From Octopus bimaculoides (Eukaryota): a stretch of DNA of 37,879 bases. The DNA lies in NCBI RefSeq assembly GCF_001194135.2, contig NC_068990.1, positions 16,843,860-16,881,738 of the forward strand, given 5' to 3'. Shown in pieces: positions 21,553 through 33,303 of this stretch. The number at the start of each line of letters is the position of its first letter. The stretch's first letter is position 1. The notes below the pieces were generated by a model. It did not search any database. It was not told the origin of the DNA and was given only the letters and a program-made list of their open reading frames with translations. Both the position numbers and the translations under genes were made by a program.

Positions 21553-21760
21553 TAGGCGCAGGAGTGGCTGTGTGGTAAGTAGCTTGCTTACCAACCACAT
21601 GGTTCTGGGTTCAGTCCCACTGCATGGCACCTTGGGCAAGTGTCTTCTACTATAGCCTCAGGCCGACCAAAGCCTTGTGAGTGGATTTGGTAGACGGAAA
21701 CTGAAAGAAGCCCGTCGTATATATGTATATATATATATATGTATGTGTGTGTATATGTTT
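21553..21760 (+). mobile_element. Composite SINE head plus (TA)n, running into gap 21761-21998
   Basis: Little-diverged, CpG-retaining copy (ggcgcagg, ggccgacc, agacggaaac, cccgtcg). Confidence 0.85.
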
Positions 21761-21998
21761 NNNNNNNNNNNNNNNNNNNNNNNNNNNNNNNNNNNNNNNN
21801 NNNNNNNNNNNNNNNNNNNNNNNNNNNNNNNNNNNNNNNNNNNNNNNNNNNNNNNNNNNNNNNNNNNNNNNNNNNNNNNNNNNNNNNNNNNNNNNNNNNN
21901 NNNNNNNNNNNNNNNNNNNNNNNNNNNNNNNNNNNNNNNNNNNNNNNNNNNNNNNNNNNNNNNNNNNNNNNNNNNNNNNNNNNNNNNNNNNNNNNNNN

Positions 21999-22047
<49 letters not shown>

Positions 22048-22083
22048 TCCATGCCATAGAAGATGGTGGAGAGATGTTATTAC

Positions 22084-22180
22084 CTTTGAAGATTGGTAAT
22101 AGACGTAGACACAGCCTACTTCAAATGATACATCTTCGTAGATGGAATGCATTGGAGCTCCAACAATGATATCATCTAAT
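22084..22180 (-). CDS. Integrin alpha exon (LDDIIVGAPMHSIYEDVSFEVGCVYVYYQSSK)
   Basis: Acceptor tctttcag, donor AAG|gtaata; 97 nt, phase 2 to 0; GAP motif present. Confidence 0.95.
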
Positions 22181-23712
22181 CTGAAAGATTAATTAAAAAT
22201 AAATTAATAAATAAAAGAATGAACAAAAAAAAAATTAAAATAAATTGAAATGGAGTTTTAATATGGCTGTGAGGTTAAAAAGCTTGCTTTACAACCATGT
22301 TCAGTCCCACTGAAGGACCTCTTTGGCATGTATCTTCTACTATAAACTCAGGACGATCAACACCTTAAGAGTGGATTTGGTCAGCAGAAACTGTATGAAA
22401 GCCCATCATATATATTATATAAATGAAAAAATATATAAACAAATGACATAACATACTGAATGTAAAAACAAACAGGAGACAAAGAGAAAGTCCATAATTC
22501 TTCATCAGTTATCGACCAACGGGACACTTCAGTTTCACACCTTTAACGATAAGACTGAATGCTTCCCAAATGGCAGTGCACGCAAAAAAAAGTTTTCTTG
22601 CATAGAATTAGGGACAAGAGCAAACAAAACGAAACAAAACAAGCAAAACGACGCAGTGTGATTTAGAACAGGGAACAAGGACAAACAGTTGAACAAAATA
22701 TGGCCTTGGGGCCAAAAAGAGAAGAATAGTAGGTAATGCTTCGAAAATGTTTTGAACAATGGAGAACTGTTAGACAGAATTTGCAACTGGTCAGCTAAGG
22801 GACCAATATAAGAAAGGAAGAAAAAGAGGAATTGGCTGCTGGTCACATGACAGCAGCATATGTGTGTGAGTGTGTGTGTGTTACCTTGCTGCATAACACC
22901 TGGTGTTGCTTTGTTTATGTCTCTGTAACATTAGTAGTTTAGCAAAAGAGTCCGATAGAATAAGCACCAGATTTTAAAAGTAAGTCATTGGGGTTGATCT
23001 GGTCAACTAAAACCCTTCAAGGTAGTGTTCCAGCATGGCCACAGTCCAGTGATCGGAACAAGTAAAAGATAGAATGAAAGTAATTTTAGGTGAAGTGGAG
23101 AGAAGGGTGCTATGTGGTCACTCTACATGCTAGAAAAAGCCACCAAATACCCTCAAATAACACCTAACTGGTTTATGTAAAGAAAAGGCAACATTATAAT
23201 GATAGTGAATGATATTGTAATCTCATGCTCTTCTAAAATCATGCCATGGTTGTAGCTGGAAAGTTTTTGATCTCGTCAGCTTTGGGATCTAGAATCAGTG
23301 AAGTTTTGGTGAATTTGAAATTTGAAGACTTTAATATCATCTTAGTAATGAGAAAATCAGTTGTTTTACTACATTTTTCTAAATGTTTAATGCAGTCACT
23401 CATGTATAAGTTGCATACAAATTTTTTTCCCCTTGTATTTTTAGCTATGTTCTGTGTATAAGTTGCACCCCAGTTTTTTCACTTAAAATCAACTATAGAA
23501 TAATACAACTTAACCATGAGTAAATACAGCAATTATTTTCAAAATGAAATGAAATAAAAAGACAGTGCATTTCATTGGAAACATTGTAAAGAAAGGGTTA
23601 AGATGAAGCTCCACATACATGCCGACTAATTATTATTTTTACAAGTTCTTTTAAAAATTATGGGTGGAGTAGCAGACTAGGAAGTAGAAAGGGAAATAAA
23701 CTCCTGAGTAAT

Positions 23713-24135
23713 AGGCACAGGCGTGGCTGTGTGGTAAGAATCTTGCTCCCTAACCACATGGTTCCGGGTTCATCCCCACTGTGTGGAAGCTTGAGCAAGT
23801 GTCTTCTACTATAGCCTCAGGCTGACCAAAGCCTTGTGAGTAGATTTGGTAGATGGAAACTGGAAGAACCCCATCGTATATGTATGTATATATATATGTA
23901 TGTATATATGTATGTATATATTTTGTGTGTGTGTGTGTGGTTGTGTTTGTTCCCCTGCCATTGCTTGACAACCGATGGTGGTGTGTTTATGTCCCTGTAG
24001 CTTAGCAGTTTGGCAAAAGAGACCAATAGAATATGTACTAGGCTTACAAAAAATAAGTCCTGGGGTCGATTTCTTCGACTAATAGCCTTTAAGGCGGTGC
24101 TCCAGTATGGCCACAGTCAAGTAAAAGAATAAAAA
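23713..24135 (+). mobile_element. Composite SINE, full-length copy ending about 25 nt from the 24159 splice donor
   Basis: aggcacaggcgtggctgtgtggtaagaa head, (TA/TG)n middle, tail ending gtaaaagaataaaa. Confidence 0.85.
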
Positions 24136-24158
24136 AAAAGCATAAAATAAGTTCTTAC

Positions 24159-24211
24159 TTATCCCCATTTAGATCTGCAGCTTCAATAGCGGTGCCAAAA
24201 TATTCTCCGAA
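24159..24211 (-). CDS. Integrin alpha exon (FGEYFGTAIEAADLNGDK, FG-GAP repeat 5)
   Basis: Long poly-T acceptor ending gtag, donor AA|gtaaga; 53 nt, phase 0 to 2. Confidence 0.95.
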
Positions 24212-24761
24212 CTACAAAAAAAAAAGAAAAGAAAAAAAAAAAAGAAATCAAAAAAAGAAAAAAATTAATATATTCAGGTTTTTTTTGTCAATATAAAACA
24301 ATATGATAGTGAAAAAAAAAAAAAAAAATGATGAATACATTTCCCAAATGATAATGATAATATTTTACAAAATTAGAAGGAAATGAAATTTTAAAATTAT
24401 TATGAAATAACTTATCCAAAAGTTTAATGAATAATTTTAAAATGATAATTTTTTGCTAAACAATATTATCAAGAGTTTAATGAACACATATTCATTATAA
24501 AGGAGTTGCTTTTCCTCAAGCTGAAACTTTGAAAGCTTTGTCAGTAATTACCTCGCAAAAATTTATATATATTGTAAGTGAGGTTCTGTGAGGAGATAGA
24601 TTCCTTTTTAAAGGGATGTCAAAATCCAAGCGCCCTCTGGTTTTAACTCATATATCGATATATTGATCATAGGATTATATAACTGACAAAGTGTTAATAA
24701 ATTGATTATGCTCTGTTCAAACACCCCATTTTCTTTATGCTATATATATATATATATATAG

Positions 24762-24943
24762 TTGACTGAACACTATTCAATTTATTTTCTCCGTGTTTTT
24801 CTCCTTGTCTCCGTATTCTTTCTGTTGAAGAGCGTAGCTCGAAACGTCAAAGACTTTCCGTATTCCCGAGCGTCATACTAATATATACTTTTGTTATTTA
24901 CACCACCTGTCCTCGTCTGTTGTTATTTTTTGTATATTCTCCC
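24762..24943 (+). mobile_element. Probable Penelope-like element terminal fragment inserted in (TA)n
   Basis: About 180 bp of CpG-containing sequence flanked on both sides by (TA)n and carrying the CTGnnGAAG...CGAAACGT signature typical of Penelope-like element repeats. Confidence 0.55.
24817..24853 (+). ncRNA. Minimal hammerhead-like motif (HHR-3, A6-to-U core variant)
   Basis: TCTTT-CTGTTGA-A-GAGC GTA GCTC-GAAAC GTC-AAAGA: 5-bp stem I, 4-bp stem II, palindromic ACGT stem III; one core deviation. Confidence 0.55.
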
Positions 24944-26162
24944 ATATATATATATATAGTGGGATAAGAAATAGAAAACTCTTGGTACAGTATTATATAT
25001 TTGAAAAAATGTGAATAGAAATGACTTGCTTGATAATTTTTCCACTTTAATAATTGAATGTTCATAAGTTATTAGGTGTTGCCATTTCATCATTATCATT
25101 TAATGTCTAATTATTTCCTCATGGCTGGGGATGTTTTCATGGAAGATTAAAAACAAAGGAAACATCTTGAATACCAGTGACACTCATTTACAAATATTGT
25201 ATGATGCCAAAACAAGGAAATAAATACAAACACACAAAACTTATATAAACATGTGTGTGTGTGTATACACACACACACAGACACACATTCACACACACAT
25301 ATGTAAATACACATACACACATGTGTATGTGTATATATATGTATATATATACACACTTATACATACACACATGTACACACACACACACGGTCCTTTTTAA
25401 AATAGCTTTTTTTCAGACTGAAGAACTTAAGTAGGCAAATAGAAGATAGCTCAAACCAGATGTTCCCTCAAGAAATGTCCTAAAATAGAATCTGCCCTCA
25501 ATTATATCACCTTCTCTTGATATCTTCTAGTTTATCGGTTTTATGCACAAGATACATACATAAACAGAGAGGAGGAAGATGAAAGAAAGGGGGAGAGAGA
25601 AGGAGTGTGTTAATTTCAGTTAGTCATAAATAAATTGAGAAACTTTGAGTAAAAATAAAATGTGTGGGCCTTTGGTCATTTCATACAAGATACAAAACAG
25701 AGATGGAAATCGTAAAATGAAAGTCTTTTACTACAATCTATTTTTTCATCAGTTCATGGTTGATGAAATGAGGACCAGCCGAGTTCTGGGACAATGTAAT
25801 TGACTGGCTTTGTCCCCCAAAATTTCAGACAACTCTAATAAAGTTCCAACTCTAAACACTTTATCAGTATAAATTTTATGAAATATTCTAAAAGATATAA
25901 AAAAATAAAATTATTTCTTTATAAAACTGAAGCAGGAGCTGGACTAAACACTACCAAGTGTCCAGTTCAGTCCACAAGCCTATGTCTAGCACACTAAGAA
26001 TATGGATTTATGACTAACAAGCCAGTAATTCATTAATCCTGTGAATTTAACCATTTCACTTCCATTGTGTCTAAAAGAAGGAAAATGTGAATAGTTCCAT
26101 CCATCTTTTAATATAGAAATTTTGTGAATTCAAATTTTAAATAATTGAAAAGTTTAACTTAC

Positions 26163-26216
26163 CTGTTGTCCTAGAATACTTTGGATATGTATTAATTCCT
26201 GGGTGTAAATCATAAC
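26163..26216 (-). CDS. Integrin alpha exon (VMIYTQELIHIQSILGQQ)
   Basis: Acceptor tgttccag, donor CAG|gtaagt; 54 nt, phase 0 to 0. Links GK-V.I to the G.Q-xGxYFG motif. Confidence 0.9.
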
Positions 26217-26489
26217 CTGGAACAGAACAAGAATTATGGTAACTTATGAGAACTGTTGATATAGAAGGAAAGAAAGATACTGAAAGAGAGGAGGAAAGAC
26301 TATTGGGCCAAATGTACTTGAATGATGGAGGTATGAGATCAAGCAGTTCTGAAGAACAGGAGCAATTATGATAGTAATGGAAAAGACATAATGAGGAGAC
26401 AGCACGCCTATGGGCCAGAGACTAGAGTGTGTCTATTAGTGACAGGATGCAAATCAGCTGAGTAACCATTCTCCAAGATGTGAGTGTGC

Positions 26490-26760
26490 TTAGCAACCGC
26501 AGGACCATCCCAGATGTGGAAGCAGTGTTCCATTATGGGGCCTCACTTGAGCCTTGTAGAAGGTCAGTGACTGTTGGGGTGCTAAAATAACTTCTGGCCC
26601 TTAAAAGAAGGGCTAGTCTCTGGCATGCGATCCTTCACATGCTAAGGATATGCTTTTGCCAGAATTCTTCAGTTATAGTGAGGCCCAGTCTTTGGAGCAA
26701 CTGCCAAGGTTCTAACTCATGATTAGAAGGAATGTGATGCAATGGTGCTTTCTTAATGTT
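26490..26760 (-). mobile_element. Degenerate CR1/L2/Jockey-group LINE, RT C-terminal fragment
   Basis: Minus frames give LGLTITEEFWQKHILSM*RIACQRLALLLRARSYFS then, after a shift, LTFYKAQVRP and MEHCFHIWDG, matching the W..HI / LYKAQVRP.MEYCSHIW motifs; stops and frameshifts present. Confidence 0.8.
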
Positions 26761-27292
26761 CATAGAGCTTTAGTATTATCTTTTGTTAAAAGAGACAAGG
26801 TTGGCATGGCTCCACTGAACAATGCACACAAAGTCTCTATTTATGTGGTGTATAACCTAAAGGAGATTTAGCTGCTATTTCTAGTAAGTTGATTGTCCAC
26901 ATATGAGCTTCCTTGTTGGTTCAAGATACATGATGTCTTTAGAAAGAGTAGTGGTATTGTTATTGATCAAAAGGTATTCCAGTCCTGATCCTCCTGCTTT
27001 TTATTCAGGTACAGTATATCAAAGAGTACATCTATCTTTTTATGTTTCCTTCAAGATAATACAGTTTGATTTGAAGGAGATTTAATTGCTATTTTTTGGT
27101 GGATCAAGTGACCACAACAAATTTTTATTTGACCTGAGGTATAAATGAATGTAAGTGTGTACGTAGTCATGGTGATGGTGGTGGTGGTGATGGTAATAAT
27201 AGTAGAAGAACAGGGAACAAAAATAAGGGTACCTTCCACTCCCTGTTTTTTACATATGAGCAGAGAAAGAGAGAGAGAGAGAGTGGAAGAGC

Positions 27293-27340
<48 letters not shown>

Positions 27341-27515
27341 NNNNNNNNNNNNNNNNNNNNNNNNNNNNNNNNNNNNNNNNNNNNNNNNNNNNNNNNNNNN
27401 NNNNNNNNNNNNNNNNNNNNNNNNNNNNNNNNNNNNNNNNNNNNNNNNNNNNNNNNNNNNNNNNNNNNNNNNNNNNNNNNNNNNNNNNNNNNNNNNNNNN
27501 NNNNNNNNNNNNNNN

Positions 27516-27569
<54 letters not shown>

Positions 27570-27794
27570 AATATTCTATTTTGTTTTCTGGTTCCATCAA
27601 TAAGAGGAGAAAACTTTGTAGAGAAATCATGATTATGTGAAGAATTTGAGGACAGGGAGTGGTGGAGGGAATAGTTATTTCACAATAAATAGGCTAGTAT
27701 ATATAATACACATACTTTTATTAAAAGAATGTTGCAGAAAAAATACTGGACAAGCTGAAAAAATATCTCTAAATATTTTCTTAATGTAACTTAC

Positions 27795-27838
27795 CTTGCC
27801 ATAATGTCTATCTGCCTTGGGAGCACTAACCACATAAT
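27795..27838 (-). CDS. Integrin alpha exon (DYVVSAPKADRHYGK)
   Basis: Acceptor ttttacag, donor AAG|gtaagt; 44 nt, phase 1 to 0. G|AT junction completes the Asp of the Ca-binding loop. Confidence 0.93.
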
Positions 27839-28374
27839 CTGTAAAATATTAAATATAAATGCCATATTGTAGTCTTAAGCAGAAGATGAGATATTACACT
27901 CCCTTAGGCTATTATTATTATTATTACTATTATTATTATTATTACTATTACTATTATCATTATTAACCCTTTTGTTACAATATTTTTGTTGAGATGATCT
28001 GTGTTTCTTTCAATTAATTTTAAATATTACAAAGGATTTAGTAAAATAACTTAGTTATCTTTTAGGAACATAAGTTGTGACTAAGGTTTGGTGGAAGATA
28101 TTAATTCAGAATTTTTGAAAACAAGACATTTGTTTTCAACTGGTATTTATATTATTGACTCTGAAAAGATGCAAAGCAAAGTTGACAGAATTTGAACTCA
28201 GAATGTAAAGACAGACAAAATGCCACTAAGCATTTTGCCTGGCATGCCAATGGTTCTGCCAGCTTGCCTGTCTTACACAAATTTTGTAATATTGCTAACT
28301 TTAAAACATTTGATTATCCTTTACTTAACTAAGAAATGAATGTTACTAAAACAGAGAAAATGTGTTTGTCTCAC

Positions 28375-28419
28375 CTTGGATATCATCACCATTAAATTCA
28401 CCAACAGCAGTAGCATAAC
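28375..28419 (-). CDS. Integrin alpha subunit, first visible exon (FG-GAP repeat 4: GYATAVGEFNGDDIQ)
   Basis: Acceptor ttcatccag, donor G|gtgaga; 45 nt, phase 1 to 1. Motif YxxAVGEFNGD matches the alphaV/alpha5/alpha8/PS2-type Ca-binding loop. Confidence 0.93.
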
Positions 28420-28691
28420 CTGGATGAAAATAAAACCATATATAGATAGATAGATAGATACACACAGATACATAGATAGGTAGGTAGGTAGATACATACA
28501 AACATACATACACACACACTTGATGTACTGCTAAAAACAATTTGTATATATTTCCAATACTTAAAATACCCAACCCATTCATAACTGTTTGTATGTATTC
28601 AAACTATAATTTAAAAAAGATTTTTTCATGTGTATGTACAAACTTCCATTTTATTCATAAATTTATATATTACCCATTTTATTTTCATCTA

Positions 28692-28736
<45 letters not shown>

Positions 28737-29000
28737 ACGTACACACATACGTGTGTGAAGCTTTTTTAGCATACATTTATATACTGTAGTTTCTAATTTC
28801 ATTGGATAGCTCCACATAGCTGAGATTGAGCCAATCTATAGCCAAAAAGGATGAACAACCTGAAGCATGTTATCAAATTCTGATCTACTCTCTTAGCCAT
28901 GATCATCTCAGCCTTTCACAATAAACGCAGGCTGTTCTTCAAAGCAAATAATTTAATTAAAAAATGTCATCTCAGTTTGAAAAAGGACAAGCAAATCTTA

Positions 29001-29060
29001 GGGGTAAGGGAAAGTAGGAAGGGGTAAGGGAAAGTAGGAAGGGGTAAGGGAAAGAAAGGG
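29001..29060 (+). repeat. 20-bp G-rich tandem repeat (ggggtaagggaaagtaggaa) x about 3
   Basis: Two exact units at 29001-29040 plus a partial third. Confidence 0.95.
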
Positions 29061-29852
29061 TTAACATAAAAGTACCTTTCCTTCCTTTGTTTCTCAATAG
29101 TTCAGTTGAGAAGTTGCTTCACTGGTTTGTTATGATCAAATGTTGAAGAGAGGCTCCTGCTGAGTTTTGAATCATCACTCTCAGGTTTTCCCAGCTCAGG
29201 ACCACAATTTACTGTGTTGCCATAAAAGGCAATAATACCTACACAAATATGGCTTGACCAATCATTACTCATTGACTTGTTATGATTGATGCAACAAATT
29301 TCAAAGGAAGTGTGCAAGTTGTTCTGCCAAACTGTCTAATTGAGAGTTCTAGAAATTTTTACCAACAGTTATAAAAGCTGGCAAATTCAACCTCAGACCA
29401 GACAGCTACCCAGTGGTCTTCACAGAACTATTATGCTTTGCTCAGTGAGATGGTCTCTTACCCACTTCTCCTTTTCCTTACTTAGTATGCTGGTGTTGTA
29501 TTCAACAAAAGATACCAGCACTGAGTTATAATGTCAAATCACGTGCATATTACTTACTTGCAACAGTTTAAACTTCTCAAGCTAATTATGCCTACAATAA
29601 TTATGAACTACTTTCATAATATTATCTAACATATATTACAGAAGATTCTTAAATATTATGTTTGTTATCTCATGAATGTTATTCCCTTAAATCAAATCTA
29701 TGTACACATGGAAGTATAAATGATGTGGATTAATAAAAATATATGAAAATTTAAATATTAGTGTGGTTATTATCTCACATGGAGCCAGCCTAATATTGTG
29801 AATCACCAACAATACATGATTAAAACCTACACTAAAAATACTCTTTTCTACT

Positions 29853-30049
29853 CTAGGCACAAGACTTGAAATTTTGGTGGAGGGGGCCCAGTCGATTAGA
29901 TCAACCCCAGTACACAGCTGGTACATAATTTATTGACCCCAAAAGGACGAAAGGCAAAGTCAACCTTGGTGGAATTTGAACTCAGAACGTAAGGACAGAC
30001 GAAATACCGCTAAGCATTTTGCCTGGCGTTTCTGCCAGCTCACCGCCTT
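29853..30049 (-). mobile_element. tRNA-derived SINE with Meta/Sauria-like central domain (third family)
   Basis: Minus strand aaggcggtgagctggcagaa...gttctgagttcaaattcc...gcctttcgtccttttggggtcaataaa; related copies at about 3853-4058, 14485-14685, 14922-15112, 18367-18580, 21213-21350 and 31976-32160. The superfamily name is from memory. Confidence 0.75.
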
Positions 30050-30738
30050 CTCCCCTAGAAATATTAATCTTCCAATCTTTATAAAATGCCCACCACTACC
30101 ACCAACACCACCACAGTGATAGATGTTATATTAAAATCTCAAGGGTTTATGTAAAAGTACTTTTCTTTCCCTTGTTCTTTGATGGTTTGCTTAAGAATTA
30201 GCTTCACATCAGGGAATCCCAATTACTACCACCAACATTACCACCACCATCACACAGCTACCATCACCACCACCACCACCAGGTGACAATCACAGACCAA
30301 ACAAGGCCCAGGCAGCTGAGACTTTGACTTATCTGTGACACTTAAGCAGTAATGATGTGTCTTATCTATTATACCACACCAGCATCCTTACTGTAACAGG
30401 ACTGTTTACTTCATGACTCCATAATGATCGGGGTGGAAGGCAGAGGGTAGAGGTGATGGTAAAGAGTAAAGGTGGATAGTGAGGGTTGAGGGGGAGAGAT
30501 GATGAGGGGGTGGATAAAAAAAAATATAAACAAGGAACAAAAGCGAGACAAAATAAACCTTTTTTTCCCCCTCAGTTTCTCTCTAACACATGCATGTATA
30601 TAGACTCACACACAAGGACACGTGTAGATTCATGTGCATGTAAAACCACAAGCATACATATGATCCCAATGAAAAGACATCTGCAAGAACAAACAGAAAA
30701 TACACATGTACCAGCACAAATATTTGTGCATAATTATA

Positions 30739-30892
30739 TCATCATCATCATCATCATCGTCATCATCCAGTCGTGCTTATTGCACGGATCACAGTGACTT
30801 GTCCTCTCCAGTCTGTTTGGTCCACCATTGCACGTGGTAGGTTTTCTCGGGTGCACTTGGAGTTCTTGCACAGTTGCTTTATGTATGTCCGT
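30739..30892 (-). mobile_element. 3' end of a LINE (RTE/RTEX-like) with (TGA)n tail
   Basis: Minus frame RTYIKQLCKNSKCTRENLPRAMVDQTDWRGQVTVIRAISTTG* followed directly by TGA repeats; resembles the TYIDQL..D..C..EDL..AM.DR..WR..V..IRA.S terminus. Confidence 0.7.
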
Positions 30893-31002
30893 GCTTTATG
30901 CATGTGGTCTATCAATATTTGCACATAATTACACATAACTAGTTACATACACACACACAAATGTAATTACTTGCACAAACTAATGTATACACACACACAC
31001 AC

Positions 31003-31038
<36 letters not shown>

Positions 31039-33136
31039 TCATCATCATCATCATCATCATCGTTTAACGTCCGCTTTTGGCAACACCAGGCTCCAATCTA
31101 AATTTGGCAGAGTTTCTACAGCTGGATGCCCTTCCTAACGCCAACCACATGCTAGCATGGAAGGCGGGCGTTAAACGATGATGATGNNNNNNNNNNNNNN
31201 NNNNNNNNNNNNNNNNNNNNNNNNNNNNNNNNNNNNNNNNNNNNNNNNNNNNNNNNNNNNNNNNNNNNNNNNNNNNNNNNNNNNNNNNNNNNNNNNNNNN
31301 NNNNNNNNNNNNNNNNNNNNNNNNNNNNNNNNNNNNNNNNNNNNNNNNNNNNNNNNNNNNNNNNNNNNNNNNNNNNNNNNNNNNNNNNNNNNNNNNNNNN
31401 NNNNNNNNNNNNNNNNNNNNNNNNNNNNNNNNNNNNNNNNNNNNNNNNNNNNNNNNNNNNNNNNNNNNNNNNNNNNNNNNNNNNNNNNNNNNNNNNNNNN
31501 NNNNNNNNNNNNNNNNNNNNNNNNNNNNNNNNNNNNNNNNNNNNNNNNNNNNNNNNNNNNNNNNNNNNNNNNNNNNNNNNNNNNNNNNNNNNNNNNNNNN
31601 NNNNNNNNNNNNNNNNNNNNNNNNNNNNNNNNNNNNNNNNNNNNNNNNNNNNNNNNNNNNNNNNNNNNNNNNNNNNNNNNNNNNNNNNNNNNNNNNNNNN
31701 NNNNNNNNNNNNNNNNNAAAAAAAAAAAAAAAAAACGAGCAGAAAATAAAAATTAAATCTGGAAATTTTTTTAAATAAAACAAAGAAATAAACAATGAAA
31801 ATGAAATTTAATGACTTCATCAGATAAACAGAGTAGTAGTCAATTAAAATACATTTTATCTTTTACATTTTCCAGTCATTAGACTGTGGCCATGCTGGGG
31901 CACCACCTTGAAGAATTTTTAGTTGGATAAATTGACCCCCGGTACTTACTACTACTACTACTACTACTAACTATTAAGGCAGTGAGCCGGCTAAATTTTT
32001 AGCATGCCAATTTGTTCATCTTAACATTCTGAGTTCAAATTCTGCTGAGGTCGATTTTGCCTTTCATTCTTAAGTACATTGCCTAAGTATTAGTCGATAT
32101 CATAGACTCTCTCCCTCCCTCGAAATAGCTGGCCTTGTGCCAAAATTTGAAACCATTATTATTATTAATTTTTTTTTGTTAGCCTGGTACTTATTCTATC
32201 GGTCTCTTTTGCCAAGCTGCTAGGTTACAGGTACTTAATGTACACATATTGTCAATAGGTCAGTTCTTGCAGTATTCATCCTCTCTTATGGAGTTGCTGG
32301 GTTAAAAATATCAGAGAAAGGCAAAAATTCATACCAGCAGTGGCCTAGCAGGCACACCAGATGTATTTTGGCCTTTTGGTGCCTTTTCAATGGTCCATAT
32401 TCATCATAGTAGTATTATAATGAGAGGGACAAAACATTGAGGGAATTGTAGTAAGGATATGTACCTTGCTAGAAATAGCAGTTGAATTCCTTCAAATCAT
32501 ACATTGGGTTTTCTTTTACTAGTTTTGGTCACTGGAGTGAGGACATGCTGTGATGCTGACCTCAAAGGTTGAGTTGTTTATTTCAGATTCGGTATTCTAT
32601 CTGGTACTTATTTAATCTATGCTGTTAGAGGAATAATGCAAAACAGATGAGATGGAAACTGTACGAAGCTCACTGAACACATATGTATACATATATATAT
32701 GTATATATTAAAATAATAATAATATATGTATACAATTATATTAAGGGGGCAAGGATGAAAACGGTATGTACAATTATTTGTATCTATATTCCCTGTGTAT
32801 TGTGTTGGCAAAAGAAAAATGCCTGTTTTATGGTTTTAATCCAGAAATTGGAACCAATTCACAATTAACATGAGGTCTTTCACTAGTCTGCTTTCAGCCA
32901 TTTGTATATTTCATCTGGAGTTTTTGGTAGTTTTTTGAAGGTCTCAGCCCTTCAAGCATGCTGGAGATAGGTCCTTTTCACCATTGCTCCCTTAATATAA
33001 TTATATACATATGTATATTATTATTTTGATGTATAAATTACCTATAAATTTTTATAGCATGCTGACTAGTTGATAAATTTTTATCCTTATAATCTATATA
33101 CGTATATATATACACACTTACACACACATGAATGTA

Positions 33137-33208
<72 letters not shown>

Positions 33209-33253
33209 NNNNNNNNNNNNNNNNNNNNNNNNNNNNNNNNNNNNNNNNNNNNN

Positions 33254-33303
<50 letters not shown>

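Noticed and set aside
28568-28601. Possible small exon FEYIQTVMNGLG just upstream of the first visible exon
   Set aside because: Phase fits but the donor (gtattt) is weak and the peptide lacks the expected DSY(L/M)G motif.
29102-29317. ORF containing PESDDSKL, superficially like the DDSYLG integrin motif
   Set aside because: No donor after the motif and no other integrin similarity.
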